A stretch of DNA of 64,000 nucleotides from an uncultured Chloroflexia bacterium (GTDB taxonomy: Bacteria; Chloroflexota; Limnocylindria; QHBO01). The stretch is from NCBI GenBank assembly GCA_963750025.1, contig CAVVPF010000022.1:7884-71883 (forward strand). Reading direction: 5' to 3'. Of the stretch, positions 1-9,362 are shown one piece after another. Below the pieces are notes generated by a model, which was not told the origin of the DNA, searched no databases, and saw only the letters and a program-made list of their open reading frames with translations. The position numbers and the translations under genes are program-made. Position 1 is the stretch's first letter; each line of letters starts with the position of its first letter.

Positions 1-241
1 CTGGCCTCCGGGGTATCGGCTGAGCCTCGAAGGTGGCGAGCCCGTCGTCCATGGAGGCGCGCGGGACATCGGCATGGGCGAGCTGATCCGGATGGGCGGC
101 GGGTACTACGAAGATGGATCCCCGCCACCCGGGGCCCGCGATGTCGATGATTGCTCGCCGCCCTACTTCCTTTCCACCGGGTTAACCGACTGATCGACGT
201 CGGCCCGGGGGCGAACCAGCAGGTCGGGCGTAACCTCGGTA

Positions 242-757
242 GTGACCGCCGGTCGTGCTGCTGTGCGGGCGTGGCATCTCGCGTGCATGCCGTCGCGCGG
301 GGTGCCGGACCCGGAGCATCATGCCAGCCGCGTTCTCGTCGTTGACGACGATCGGCATGTCGTCGCGCTCCTGCATGATGCGTTGGGCGTGCACGAGATC
401 GAGGTTGGCAGCGCGCGCGATGGTTCGCAGGCGCTGAGCTGGATCCGCACACACGGCGCACCGTCGGCAATTGTGACCGACCTCGACATGCCGCGAGAGG
501 ATGGGAGGCAGCTTCTGGCTGCACTCCACCGGGATCCGGCTCTGGCCGCGATCCCGGTGTTTGTCCTGACCGGCTCACCTGTGTCGTCGACCGAACTCGA
601 TAACGCTGACGGCGTTGCGGTCCTCAACAAGGCGACGCAGCTGTCGGAGTTGGTGGCGCTCGTCGTGTCAGCCGCAACCGACGGACATTCCTCCCCCGCA
701 GCGGTGGAGGTCGCGACCGCCGAAGCTGATGTGCCTAGTGCGCCGGCCGATTCGTAG
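242..757 (+). CDS. Stand-alone response-regulator receiver (CheY-like REC) protein
   Basis: ORF with 'VLVVDDD...TDLDMP...PVFVLTG' receiver-domain motifs and no output domain. The true start may be the internal Met near 287. Confidence 0.8.
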   Translation: MTAGRAAVRAWHLACMPSRGVPDPEHHASRVLVVDDDRHVVALLHDALGVHEIEVGSARDGSQALSWIRTHGAPSAIVTDLDMPREDGRQLLAALHRDPALAAIPVFVLTGSPVSSTELDNADGVAVLNKATQLSELVALVVSAATDGHSSPAAVEVATAEADVPSAPADS

Positions 758-940
758 CCGCTACCGAGTGCACAAAACCCGCCGGGGCCGACGCGCGCCC
801 CGCGACGGGCGAGGAGCCCGACCCAGACGCCGAATCCAAAGCAAGGGGCGTGACGCCCTGTAATTGGTCGCCGAGTGACGCGGCCTGGCGTGCCGAGGAC
901 GCGCCTCGATGCCAGGTTGGCGTCGGACGGCGAGCCCGAT

Positions 941-1259
941 TCACGCGCCTTCATCCTTCGCGCGCTCGATCTCCTTGTCGGACAGGACGCGGACGTCCCG
1001 TTCCGCCGTCACGTCCGCCGGCGGCGTGAAGCGCAACCCTCCCATGTACGGGGTCGGTCGCTTGCGCCGATAGTCGAGGAAGTCCTTCGCGTAGGAGTCG
1101 CGCCTGCTCGACCGTCTTCGCCCCGGTGACGATGTCATGAGTGAGGTTGAGCGCGAGGAAATTCGCCTCCTCGTCGTGGCAGTGTGATGACACCTCGATC
1201 GCGGCGTCAAGAACGCCCAACCCGCGTGCCGCACGGCTCCGGAACCTGGCCACCCACAC
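941..1259 (-). pseudogene. Frameshifted remnant of an unknown gene
   Basis: Two overlapping minus-strand ORFs (951-1259 and 941-1234) join into one reading ('...HDIVTGAKTVEQA|DSYAKDFLDYRRKRPTPYMGG...EIERAKDEGA') if one nt near 1098-1102 is removed. No family was recognised. Confidence 0.35.
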
Positions 1260-1466
1260 CGTCTACGGCATCGGTCTGTTTGGTTCGGCGCTGGCCCTCT
1301 CGATCCCTCTGGACCTGAGGATCGATCCGCTTCCGGCCCCCGGCGAACCGTCGCGTACCACCGGCCCGGAGGGCCGGCGTCGGGGAGGCGTCGGAGTTAT
1401 GTCGCCTCCGCCGTGGCGAGGTGGCGAATGCCGGTAGTGGCTCAATTTGGATTTCCGCCGAGTAGG

Positions 1467-1721
1467 ATGGCTGACGGGATGAACGAGCCAAACTGGGAGG
1501 AGGTCCGTCGCCGAGCACGACGCAGGGCCGGCGCAACGATGGCCCTCATCGTCGGTCCCATCGTTCTGTTCGTGGCAGCCATCAGGAGTCTTGAGCCGCA
1601 CGACTACCCGGCTGGGGACATGCGGAATGAACCGCTGTTCTGGATCGTTTTCGGCGTTGCGATGCTGGTCGTTATCGGCGCACTCATGGTGGGGTCCATC
1701 CGCGAGCTTAGACGGCGGTGA
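1467..1721 (+). CDS. Hypothetical small membrane protein (two hydrophobic helices)
   Basis: ORF 1413-1721. The internal ATG at 1467 follows a GTAGG SD-like element. Hydrophobic segments are 'ALIVGPIVLFVAAI' and 'LFWIVFGVAMLVVIGALMVG'. Confidence 0.45.
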   Translation: MADGMNEPNWEEVRRRARRRAGATMALIVGPIVLFVAAIRSLEPHDYPAGDMRNEPLFWIVFGVAMLVVIGALMVGSIRELRRR

Positions 1722-1769
1722 CGACTGTGATCGGTTGCCTCTCACGCATAGCCCGGCTAAACTGTCGGC

Positions 1770-2003
1770 ATGAAACGATCCCCGATGCCCCGTGATCCGA
1801 ACCAGCGCGCGAAGGCCGTTGTGGACCTCGCGACGGGTCAGCGTGCCCCGGAGTCGGAGCGGGTCAAGGACCCGGCGGCGATTGCGCGCGGGCACCTGGG
1901 CGGCGTGAAGGGCGGCAAGGCGCGGGCGGCGAAGTTGACCGCCGAGCAGCGCAGTGAGAGTGCGCGGCGGGCTGCCAAGGCCCGTTGGGCCAAGGAGCGC
2001 TAG
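1770..2003 (+). CDS. Small basic hypothetical protein (KGGKARAAKLTxEQRSExARRAAKARW motif)
   Basis: 77-aa ORF. A TAAACT (TANNNT) hexamer lies 6 nt upstream of the ATG, which suggests a leaderless transcript. Confidence 0.5.
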   Translation: MKRSPMPRDPNQRAKAVVDLATGQRAPESERVKDPAAIARGHLGGVKGGKARAAKLTAEQRSESARRAAKARWAKER

Positions 2004-2302
2004 TCGGTCCAGCCGTGCATTAGCGCGGCTAGCCGCTCCCGATACACCCTGAGCGCTGATCTTGTGACGAGAAGCGGTGTCTCGCGGGCACTGCGCGGCA
2101 CCCTGATCAGACCGCTCATCTCGTCCCAACGTTCGGGATACGACGGCTCTAGGGCTTCGCGGACCTCGGTCAACCACTGGTGGAGCCTGCCGCGGAACGT
2201 CTCGACCACGTTCTGGTCCTCCGGGTTGGGGAAGGTCGCCATCTCCTCGTCCAGTCGAGCGGCCGTCCGTTGCAGATCGGCGAGCACGTCCGAAGGCTTC
2301 AC
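2000..2302 (-). CDS. Hypothetical protein
   Basis: 100-aa ORF convergent with 1770-2003, with a 4-nt overlap of their 3' ends. No recognisable domain. Confidence 0.4.
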   Translation of the reverse strand: MKPSDVLADLQRTAARLDEEMATFPNPEDQNVVETFRGRLHQWLTEVREALEPSYPERWDEMSGLIRVPRSARETPLLVTRSALRVYRERLAALMHGWTD

Positions 2303-2360
2303 GATCCCATCCTATCCGTCGCGACACACTGTTGTCGCGACTCTTACGCATAGTGTCAAT

Positions 2361-3210
2361 ATGAATCGCCTCTCCGTCGCAGAACGAGCGCAGATCATCG
2401 CGTGCTTGGTCGAAGGGAACTCCATTCGATCTACCGCCCGCTTGACCGGCGCTGCGCGGAACACGATCACCACCCTGCTCGTCAATCTCGGCAAGGCCGT
2501 TTCCGAATACCAGGACCGAACCCTGCGGAACCTGCCCTCCACCCGTATTGAGTGCGACGAGATTTGGTCCTTCTGCTATGCCAAGGCCAAGAACGTTCCC
2601 GAGAAGTACCGGGGCGACTGGGGCTACGGCGACGTTTGGACGTGGACCGCCATTGACCCCGAGTCGAAACTGGTCGCGTCGTGGCTGGTCGGCTGGCGTG
2701 GAGAGCCGGAGGCGGTGGACTTCCTGCGCGACCTCGCCTCTCGGCTGGCAAACCGCATCCAACTGACAACGGACGGGCACGTCGCCTACCCCGCCGGAGT
2801 TGAGCGCGCGTTCGGCTCCAACGTGGACTATGCGCAGCTGATCAAGCATTACGGCGTCGAGCACAGTGAGGACGCGTCCCCCACGGCGCGGCGGTACTCG
2901 CCAAACAAGGTCACCGGGCAAGAAGTTCGCATCCTCAATGGCGACCCAAACCCGGACCTGATCTCCACGTCCTACGTTGAGCGCAACAACCTCACCATGC
3001 GCATGTCCATGCGACGCTTCACGCGACTGACCAACGCCTTCTCCAAGAAGGTCGAGAATCACGCCGCGATGGTCAGCCTGCACTTCATGGCCTACAACTT
3101 CGCGAAGCCGCACGGGGCGCTCGGCAAGAACCGGACCCCGGCGATGGCGGCTGGCGTGGCGGATCATGTTGTGGACCGTCCAAGAGATTGCGGGGCTACT
3201 CGGTTCGTAG
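2361..3210 (+). mobile_element. IS1-family transposase gene with a 1-nt indel near its 3' end
   Basis: N-terminal HTH, then 'CDEIWSF', 'TTDGHVAY' and 'VERNNLTMRMSMRRFTRLTNAFSKKVENH', matching the IS1 InsB-type layout. The expected C-terminus 'WTVQEIAGLLGS*' (stop at 3208-3210) is in the +1 frame from about 3171. Terminal inverted repeats were not identified. Confidence 0.75.
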
Positions 3211-3230
3211 GTGTAAGTACGGGAGGCACC

Positions 3231-3464
3231 ATGGCTGACTATCCAGACGTGTACGCAGACGGCATCACCATCACCGTCAATCCTCTTGGGATCGCCGTCA
3301 CCTTCACTCGCAGCGATCCGGCCACTCCTGGGGTGACTGAAACTGAGCGTCGCGAAATCGTGGCCCGCGTTCGGCTGCCCCGACAGGTGGCGGAGGGCTT
3401 GGAGACCACGCTGCAAAAGGCCCTGGCCCTTCAGGGCAAGGACACGAAGAGCATTACTCACTGA
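3231..3464 (+). CDS. DUF3467-like small protein
   Basis: The ATG at 3231 lies inside the artificially fused ORF 2064-3464. 'VYADGITITVNPLGIAVTF...IVARVRLPRQVAEGLETTLQKAL' resembles the DUF3467 pattern as I recall it. Confidence 0.45.
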   Translation: MADYPDVYADGITITVNPLGIAVTFTRSDPATPGVTETERREIVARVRLPRQVAEGLETTLQKALALQGKDTKSITH

Positions 3465-3499
3465 GGGTCCTCTCACGCATCCGGCGTAGACTCTCACGC

Positions 3500-4264
3500 A
3501 TGACGAGTGGGAAACTTTGGACGTGTCCGATCTGCGGCGTGGCAGGGAAACGGACCCAAGAACACGTCTTTGGTAACTGGCTATCTGAACTGTTCGGGAT
3601 CAGCAAGCACCCGATCGCGCTGTTCAGCACGAAGGGCGGCAGATTGTGGGCTTCGCGTGGATTCGGGACCGTGGTGGACGTTTGCGCCAGGTGCAACAAC
3701 GGATGGATGAGCGCCATTGAGGGTCGCTTCCAAACTGCCTTCTCCCGCGCCATCCTGGGGCACCCGGCAACCTTCACTGAGGCCGGCCTAGCGACGCTCG
3801 CGCACTGGTCGGCGTTAAAGGCAATCACGCTGCAGCCGCACCTTGCAGGCATGCGTGAAGAAAGCCATGTACCGATCGGTCACGTGGCTTCATTGCCCTT
3901 TGGCACTCCGGCTGGGACTCGCGTGTGGCTCGGTGCCTACACCCCGGTCACACGCTATGTCTTCTGGCAGAACGTCCCGATGGGATTGAGCCACCGGCCA
4001 CCATCCGGCGACTCCAGCTGGACCGGATACATAATGCTCATGACCGTCGGCCACCTGATGGTGGTCGTGCTCGGATTGGATGCCGAGTACGGTGACGACT
4101 TCACTGTGATCGGTCTGCCAGATGGAGTCTTCCGACCAGTCTGGCCGCTCACGGGCGGCACCTTCGAGTGGCCCCAATCCGGAGGGTTGATCCTGAATGA
4201 TCGAGGGATCGCAACCTTCTGGCCGCCGAAGGACAGGGAGTTGATCGCGTTCGGTGCGAAGTAG
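3500..4264 (+). CDS. HNH-motif protein (CxxC...EH...CxxCN), putative nuclease
   Basis: 254-aa ORF with 'CPICGVAGKRTQEHVFGNWL' and 'VCARCNNGWMSAIE', then a C-terminal domain of unknown function. A TAGACT hexamer lies 7 nt upstream of the ATG. Confidence 0.55.
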   Translation: MTSGKLWTCPICGVAGKRTQEHVFGNWLSELFGISKHPIALFSTKGGRLWASRGFGTVVDVCARCNNGWMSAIEGRFQTAFSRAILGHPATFTEAGLATLAHWSALKAITLQPHLAGMREESHVPIGHVASLPFGTPAGTRVWLGAYTPVTRYVFWQNVPMGLSHRPPSGDSSWTGYIMLMTVGHLMVVVLGLDAEYGDDFTVIGLPDGVFRPVWPLTGGTFEWPQSGGLILNDRGIATFWPPKDRELIAFGAK

Positions 4265-4554
4265 GCGGCTCTTCACGCCTCACCCCCAGGCGGGGCATAG
4301 CGCCCCCCTCCCCAAATTGAGCCACTACCCGAATGCCACCTGTGTTGACAAGCATGTGCTCACAATCGGGTAACGGCCGTACCCTTATCCGTACCCTGTA
4401 GCCGGTCGGAACGACGCGGACCCGGCCGGGTGCCACCGGGGCATTCGTGCTCAGCCGGACTCCGTCGGACCCTTTCGGCGATTCCGGTATGCGGTACCAA
4501 CCCACCACCATATCTGGTGGCTCGAAGACTCTGCCTCTACTAGATATTGTGGTC
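4265..4554 (+). repeat. Modular intergenic repeat, copy D (degenerate)
   Basis: Degenerate tandem 12-mers 'GTACCCTTATCCGTACCCTGTA' at 4379-4400, core TCCGGTATGCGGTACCA at 4483-4499, and ACTAGATATTGTGGTC at 4539-4554. It lies directly upstream of the LAL regulator. Confidence 0.6.
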
Positions 4555-4603
4555 TGCACTCTGACCGCATGAGGCTAGCGTTCCTTAGACCACGGTCGAT
4601 TAC

Positions 4604-7408
4604 GTGAGGGGCTGGACACGGCCGCGGACCAACCCGATCATGCCCCCCATGACGGGCGAGATCATCGGGCGGGAGGGCGAGCTCTCTGTAGTCCATGCTT
4701 TCCTCGATCGTCCGGCCGAGGGGCTCAGGGCGCTGGTGCTGGAGGGTGAAGCCGGGATCGGGAAGTCCACCCTCTGGCTGGCCGGGGTAGCATTCGCGCG
4801 CGAGCGGTCATTCACTGTTCTGACATCTCGTCCGGCGGAGGCCGAGCGGACGCTCCCCTACGTAGTGCTGGGCGACCTGTTCGCCGCCGCCGAGCCCGAA
4901 GCACTGGAGAATCTGCCCGCCCCGAGGCGCCGCGCATTCGAATCGGCGCTGTTGCGAGAAGAGCCTGACCTCCCGGTCGACCCTCGCGCGCTCGGCGTCG
5001 CGATCCTCACGCTTCTGCCCATGCTAGCGCCCAGTCAGCCGCTGGTGCTCGCGATCGACGACGATCAGTCGATGGACGCATCGTCGGCGGCCACGCTTCG
5101 GTTCGCGTTACGGCGGTCGATCCGCCAGCCCGTCCTTCTTTTCATCTCGAGGCGCCTCGATGGTGCGCCGGCGACAGCGCTCGAGGAGGCGATCGACCCT
5201 GCCGCGGTCACGCGGCTCCGCGTCGGTCCGATGAGTGTTGGCGCCGTCCAGCTTCTGCTACGAAGCCGGCTGGGACTCTCGTTCCCGAGGCCGACGCTAC
5301 TGCGACTCCATGAGGCGTCCGGTGGCAACCCGTTCTATGCGCTCGAGCTTGCCCGCGCCAGATCAATGGATCCGGCGCGCGACCTGACCGTGCCATTGGC
5401 GGTTCCTCCCAGACTCGAGCGGCTCGTCGCTGCACGGGTCCAGGCGCTTGACGCGCCGACTCGGCGGACGCTCCTCCTCATCGCCGCACATGGTCGCATG
5501 CCGGTCGGGCTGCTTCGCGCCCTTGAAGTAGCGCCCGAGGAACTCGAAGCGGCGCGTGCAGCGAACGTGATCGAGACCGCAGACGGCGTCGTTTCCTTCA
5601 CGCACCCGTTGCTGGCTTCCGCGCTCTACCAGGGGACGGCCAGCGAGGAGCGTCGCAGCGCCCATCGCCGGCTGGCGACGGCGCTCGACGATCCGGTCGA
5701 TCGCGGCCGGCACCTCGCGCTCGGCACGGACGAGCCAGACGACGAACTCGCCGCGACCCTCGAAACGGCAGCGAGCACAGCCCGTGATCGCGGGATGGGG
5801 ATCGCTGCCGCCGAGCTTGCGGAGCATGCCCTGCGCCTTACGCCACCCGACGCCCTCGACCACTGGCACCATCGCGCCATTGCCGCTGCTCGCGCCCACC
5901 TGGAGGCGGGCGAAGGGAGTCGCGCGCGCGCGATCGCCGCCGATGTACTGGCGCGGGCTCCAGGAGGCGCACAGCGGGCCGAAGCGCTCGTCCTCGGTTC
6001 GGAGCTGGAGGACCCGGGTCCCGCCGTGGCTCTCCTCAAGCAGGCTCTGGCCGAGGCCGCCGGGGTTCCTGCACTCGAGGCCGCTATCCACGCTGGTCTG
6101 GCCGAAGTGGGACGTGCGACAAAGGGACGCGCGTGGGCGGAGCGACACGCTCGCGACTCGCTGCGGCTCGCGGAGCGGCTCCACGACGATGCGCTACGCG
6201 CGAGGGCGCTTTCGATGCTGGGGCAAGATCGCTTCGAACGCGGTGATCCGCACGCGCTCGATCTGGTAGAGCGGGCGCACCAGCTCGCCACCTCGCTCGC
6301 CGATCCCCATCGGGTGAGCTGGGCTGATAGGTCGCTGGGTTTCGTCCTGACGTTCTCGGGAGACTACGGACGAGCGCGCGAGTGGTTGGAAGGCCAACTC
6401 GCCTACTGGCAAGTCCGCGACGAGCGGGTGCGGTCGGAGCTCCTCTGGTTTCTCGCATTGGTGGAGGTCTGGTCCGGCCGGTGGAACATCGCCAGCGAGT
6501 ACGCCGACCAGGTGCGAGAGATCAGCGTCCAGTACGGGGAGGATCCCACGGATCATCTGTCGCCGGCCCTCATCGCGCTGCACCGCGGCCAGATCGCGGT
6601 CGCGAGGGATCACTCGCAGCGCGCGTTGTCGCTGGCCAAGGGGCACCTGCTGCCCCAGCACGTCGCCATTCTGGGCGTCTGTGATCTGTGGAGCGGAAGC
6701 CCGGAGGCCGCGCTCGTGAATCTCATTAAAGCCGAGCGTACGGCCGACGTCCGCGGCTGGGATGAGCCGAACATGCGCTGGTGGCGCGCCGAGTATGCAG
6801 AGGCGCTGCTCCAGCTCGGTCGCAGAGATGACGCGGCCCAACTGGTCGCCGACTGGGAAGTGGCAGCTGTGCGACTCGGCCGTGAGCGTGTTCTGGCCCA
6901 GGTGCTGCGCTGCCGAGGGCTGATCGCGGCAGCGCGCGGCGACCTCTCGACGGGCCTGCACCTTCTCGAGGAGGCCGCGGGCCGACACGAGGCGGCTGGT
7001 GACCCGTTCAACCGCGGACGGGCACTCCTCGCGCTCGGCGTAGTCAGGCTCCGCTCGCGCCAGAAACGCACGGCCCGGGCGGCGCTGGAGGCTGCCCTAG
7101 CGGGGTTCGAAGCGCTCGGCGCCGCGGGCTGGGCCGCCACGGCCCGCGCCGAGCTCACTCGCATCGGCGGGCGCAAGCGGATCGAGGGCTTGAGCCCTTC
7201 GGAGCTGCGCGTCGCAGAACTCGCCGTCGAGGGCCGCACCAACCGCGAAATCGCATCGGCCCTGTTCCTCGGCGAACGCACCGTCGGGGGTCATCTGACC
7301 CGCATCTACGCCAAGCTCGGGGTTCGGTCCAGGACTGAGCTCGTGCGGAAGCTGCCTCCACCAGAGCCGATGTCACGCGGAGGCGCGAGCAAAGTCGAGA
7401 CGTCCTGA
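4604..7408 (+). CDS. Large ATP-binding LuxR-family (LAL) transcriptional regulator
   Basis: Walker A 'GEAGIGKS', a long helical/TPR-like middle region, and a C-terminal LuxR HTH 'LSPSELRVAELAVEGRTNREIASALFLGERTVGGHLTRIYAKLGV'. The likely start is ATG 4640 or 4649. Confidence 0.9.
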   Translation: MRGWTRPRTNPIMPPMTGEIIGREGELSVVHAFLDRPAEGLRALVLEGEAGIGKSTLWLAGVAFARERSFTVLTSRPAEAERTLPYVVLGDLFAAAEPEALENLPAPRRRAFESALLREEPDLPVDPRALGVAILTLLPMLAPSQPLVLAIDDDQSMDASSAATLRFALRRSIRQPVLLFISRRLDGAPATALEEAIDPAAVTRLRVGPMSVGAVQLLLRSRLGLSFPRPTLLRLHEASGGNPFYALELARARSMDPARDLTVPLAVPPRLERLVAARVQALDAPTRRTLLLIAAHGRMPVGLLRALEVAPEELEAARAANVIETADGVVSFTHPLLASALYQGTASEERRSAHRRLATALDDPVDRGRHLALGTDEPDDELAATLETAASTARDRGMGIAAAELAEHALRLTPPDALDHWHHRAIAAARAHLEAGEGSRARAIAADVLARAPGGAQRAEALVLGSELEDPGPAVALLKQALAEAAGVPALEAAIHAGLAEVGRATKGRAWAERHARDSLRLAERLHDDALRARALSMLGQDRFERGDPHALDLVERAHQLATSLADPHRVSWADRSLGFVLTFSGDYGRAREWLEGQLAYWQVRDERVRSELLWFLALVEVWSGRWNIASEYADQVREISVQYGEDPTDHLSPALIALHRGQIAVARDHSQRALSLAKGHLLPQHVAILGVCDLWSGSPEAALVNLIKAERTADVRGWDEPNMRWWRAEYAEALLQLGRRDDAAQLVADWEVAAVRLGRERVLAQVLRCRGLIAAARGDLSTGLHLLEEAAGRHEAAGDPFNRGRALLALGVVRLRSRQKRTARAALEAALAGFEALGAAGWAATARAELTRIGGRKRIEGLSPSELRVAELAVEGRTNREIASALFLGERTVGGHLTRIYAKLGVRSRTELVRKLPPPEPMSRGGASKVETS

Positions 7409-7447
7409 CCTTTCGTACGCAGTCGGCACGCGCCTAGCGTCTTGGCC

Positions 7448-7720
7448 ATGCCGAGCTACCTCGTCGAAACGTTCCTCGCACGCGGCGCCGCCGGCGAACG
7501 CCACGCGCGAGAGCGGCGGGCGAGCTCGGCCGCCGAGGCGCTGACGCGAGAGGGAACGCGCGTCCGCTTCGGTGGGTCCATCCACGTTCCCGAGGACGAA
7601 CTCTGCTTCTTCACCTTTGAGGCGCCGTCCGGCCGCGAGGCCGCGCTCGTCGCCCAGCGGGCCGGCCTCGAGCCGCTGCGCGTGGTGGAAGCCGTCTCGT
7701 CAATCGAAGGAGACAGGTGA
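7448..7720 (+). CDS. DUF4242-like small protein
   Basis: Starts 'MPSYLVETF...' and ends '...LEPLRVVEAV', resembling DUF4242-type proteins. The family call is from memory. Confidence 0.5.
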   Translation: MPSYLVETFLARGAAGERHARERRASSAAEALTREGTRVRFGGSIHVPEDELCFFTFEAPSGREAALVAQRAGLEPLRVVEAVSSIEGDR

Positions 7721-7721
7721 A

Positions 7722-8208
7722 ATGCGCAACCGATTCATGTTCGCACTGACCGCCGCACTGCTCGGCGTGGTGGCTATCGGCGGAATGGTGCTGGCCACGG
7801 ACCCCTCGGGGGTGACCGGCACCCCGATCGCCAAGGGACAGTTCGGCGAGATCGACGCGAAGACGCTCTTCGAGCAGCTGGCAGGCCCGAATCGACACCA
7901 AGGGCGAATCCGATCTCTACGTCTTGGAGAACAGGATCGTGCCGGGCGGGACGTTCGGCTGGCACTCGCATCCTGGGCCGAGCCTCGTGATCATCAAGAG
8001 CGGCGCCCTGACCCTCTACCGAGGAGATGATCCTACCTGCACGGCGGAGGTCTTCGAGGCAGGGTCGGGATTCGTCGATAACGGCGGCGATGTCCACCTC
8101 GTCCGTAATGAAGGCACAGTGGACGCGGTCGTGATCGTGACGTCGCTCGTTCCCAGGGGCGCCGAGCGGCGCATCGACGAGCCGAGCCCCGGTAACTGCC
8201 CCTTCTGA
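7722..8208 (+). pseudogene. Secreted cupin-domain protein, frameshifted
   Basis: GAAGGAGA RBS, then signal peptide 'MRNRFMFALTAALLGVVAIGGMVLA'. The cupin core 'GGTFGWHSHPGPSLVIIKSG...VHLVRNEG' lies in another frame. The frames join near 7885-7890 ('...FEQLAG|RIDTKGESDLYVLENRIVPGG'). Confidence 0.7.
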
Positions 8209-8232
8209 TCTTGGGGCACAGCACGCGAGATT

Positions 8233-8498
8233 CGGAGGGTGAACAGTCTGCCCACCCTCCGATTCGTCCCTCGGGCTTGCAAATCCTACCCGCGTGGATA
8301 TGTTGGCCGTTCCATGAGCCCTTATCCGAGCCCTTATTTCGGCCGTCTCAGGCGTCCCACCGCGGTCAGATTCGCCCACCAGAACCGACGTGGAACGTGT
8401 GGGTTGCTGCACCCGGAATCCGGTATGCGGTACCAAACTCCGTTTACGTTCAGCCGGGTCGAGATGCGATCCGGCTGAACCCTTATCTGAACCCTTAT
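8233..8498 (+). repeat. Modular intergenic repeat, copy A
   Basis: Hairpin CGGAGGGTG/CACCCTCCG at 8233-8261, tandem GAGCCCTTAT 12-mers at 8316-8337, core at 8419-8435, and a second tandem GAACCCTTAT pair at 8477-8498. Confidence 0.7.
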
Positions 8499-8844
8499 CT
8501 CTTCCGGGACGACAGCGGCCGGGGGAACTTCACCGATCACGAGCAAAGCCGGCCGCGTTGGATCGTCCCAATAGGGTCGCCAGACGGGCAGTCGCGTGAG
8601 GCGTTGTCAACGGCTGGGCTTCACAAGATCGACGCGTAGTATGCAACTGACGATGCGAACCCCTCCTCGGACGAAGCGATGCTGACTCTAGATGTCTGCT
8701 CGCCTGCGCCGGATCGGGCGAGGGGATTCCGCAGTACGGGAGGCTCACGATGCAGGCAGACACCGTCGACACCCCACCCGCGGCTCCCCAGGTGCCGCCG
8801 CATGCGCAGGTCATCCGGAGATGCACTAGTTCGGCGCCAGGTCG

Positions 8845-9300
8845 GGCGGCTCACCATCATCCAGGCCAACATGAACCCCGACCTTGCGATGGGAGGCGAG
8901 CTCCTGCAGAAGACTGGCGCCGCAACGTGTTCACGGTCTTCGGCGAGCCTGACATCTAGATCCGCTCAGCGGGCGGGACCGATGGCGACCGCCTCGTGGC
9001 CGAGATCCGCGGCGTCGATGTGTACGATCGGACCACCGCGGCCATCCGCTCGGACTCTCCACCGACGACATCGCCTGCTGGTTCCTCGACACCGCCTACA
9101 GCGAGGAGGCGTTCTTCGTTCGCCATGCGTACTTCGCTGGCGGCGACCGGCCGTACGAGAAGTTGGCGAAGACGCTTCGTGCGGAGATCGATGAGGCTGC
9201 CTGGGAGTCGCTGGACTCGACGGTGTCGCGCCCGTTTGAGCGGCCGTCAGCCGGCAAGATCGCAATGAGGGTGATCGGGACCCGATTCACAGGAGCCGGA
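8845..9300 (+). pseudogene. C-terminal remnant of a DNA methyltransferase (decayed)
   Basis: Reading across three frames gives '...NPDLAMGGELLQKTGAA|NVFTVFGEPDI*...EIRGVDVYDRTTAAIRSDS|TDDIACWFLDTAYSEEAFFVRHAYFAGGDRPYEKLAKTLRAEIDEAAWESLDSTVSRPFERPSAGKIAMRVI'. This is the conserved tail of a class of N6/N4 DNA methylases. There are two 1-nt deletions and an in-frame TAG at 8957-8959. The catalytic N-terminal part is absent. Confidence 0.65.
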
Positions 9301-9362
9301 CCGATGACCAGCCCGTCCGCCCGTCAACGGGTGATTGCGCCCGGACATGGGGAGAGCAGCCA

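Noticed and set aside
2-193. A possible 3' end of a gene entering from the left edge (frame 2, '...GELIRMGGGYYEDGSPPPGARDVDD...*').
   Set aside because: It is too short, has no recognisable domain, and cannot be distinguished from a random open frame in GC-rich DNA.
1263-3497. Very long ORFs antisense or out of frame to the called genes. Examples are 1263-3497(-), 11703-13358(+), 12239-14008(+), 17509-19350(+), 19546-20691(+), 24223-25413(-), 42684-44453(-), 43088-44515(+), 50487-52502(+), 56277-57446(-), 57583-58893(+), 59366-60568(+) and the upstream 430 aa of 61020-63158(-).
   Set aside because: They are Arg/Pro/Gly/Ala-rich low-complexity translations with no motifs, and they overlap genes that have clear family signatures. 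These are typical shadow ORFs of high-GC DNA.
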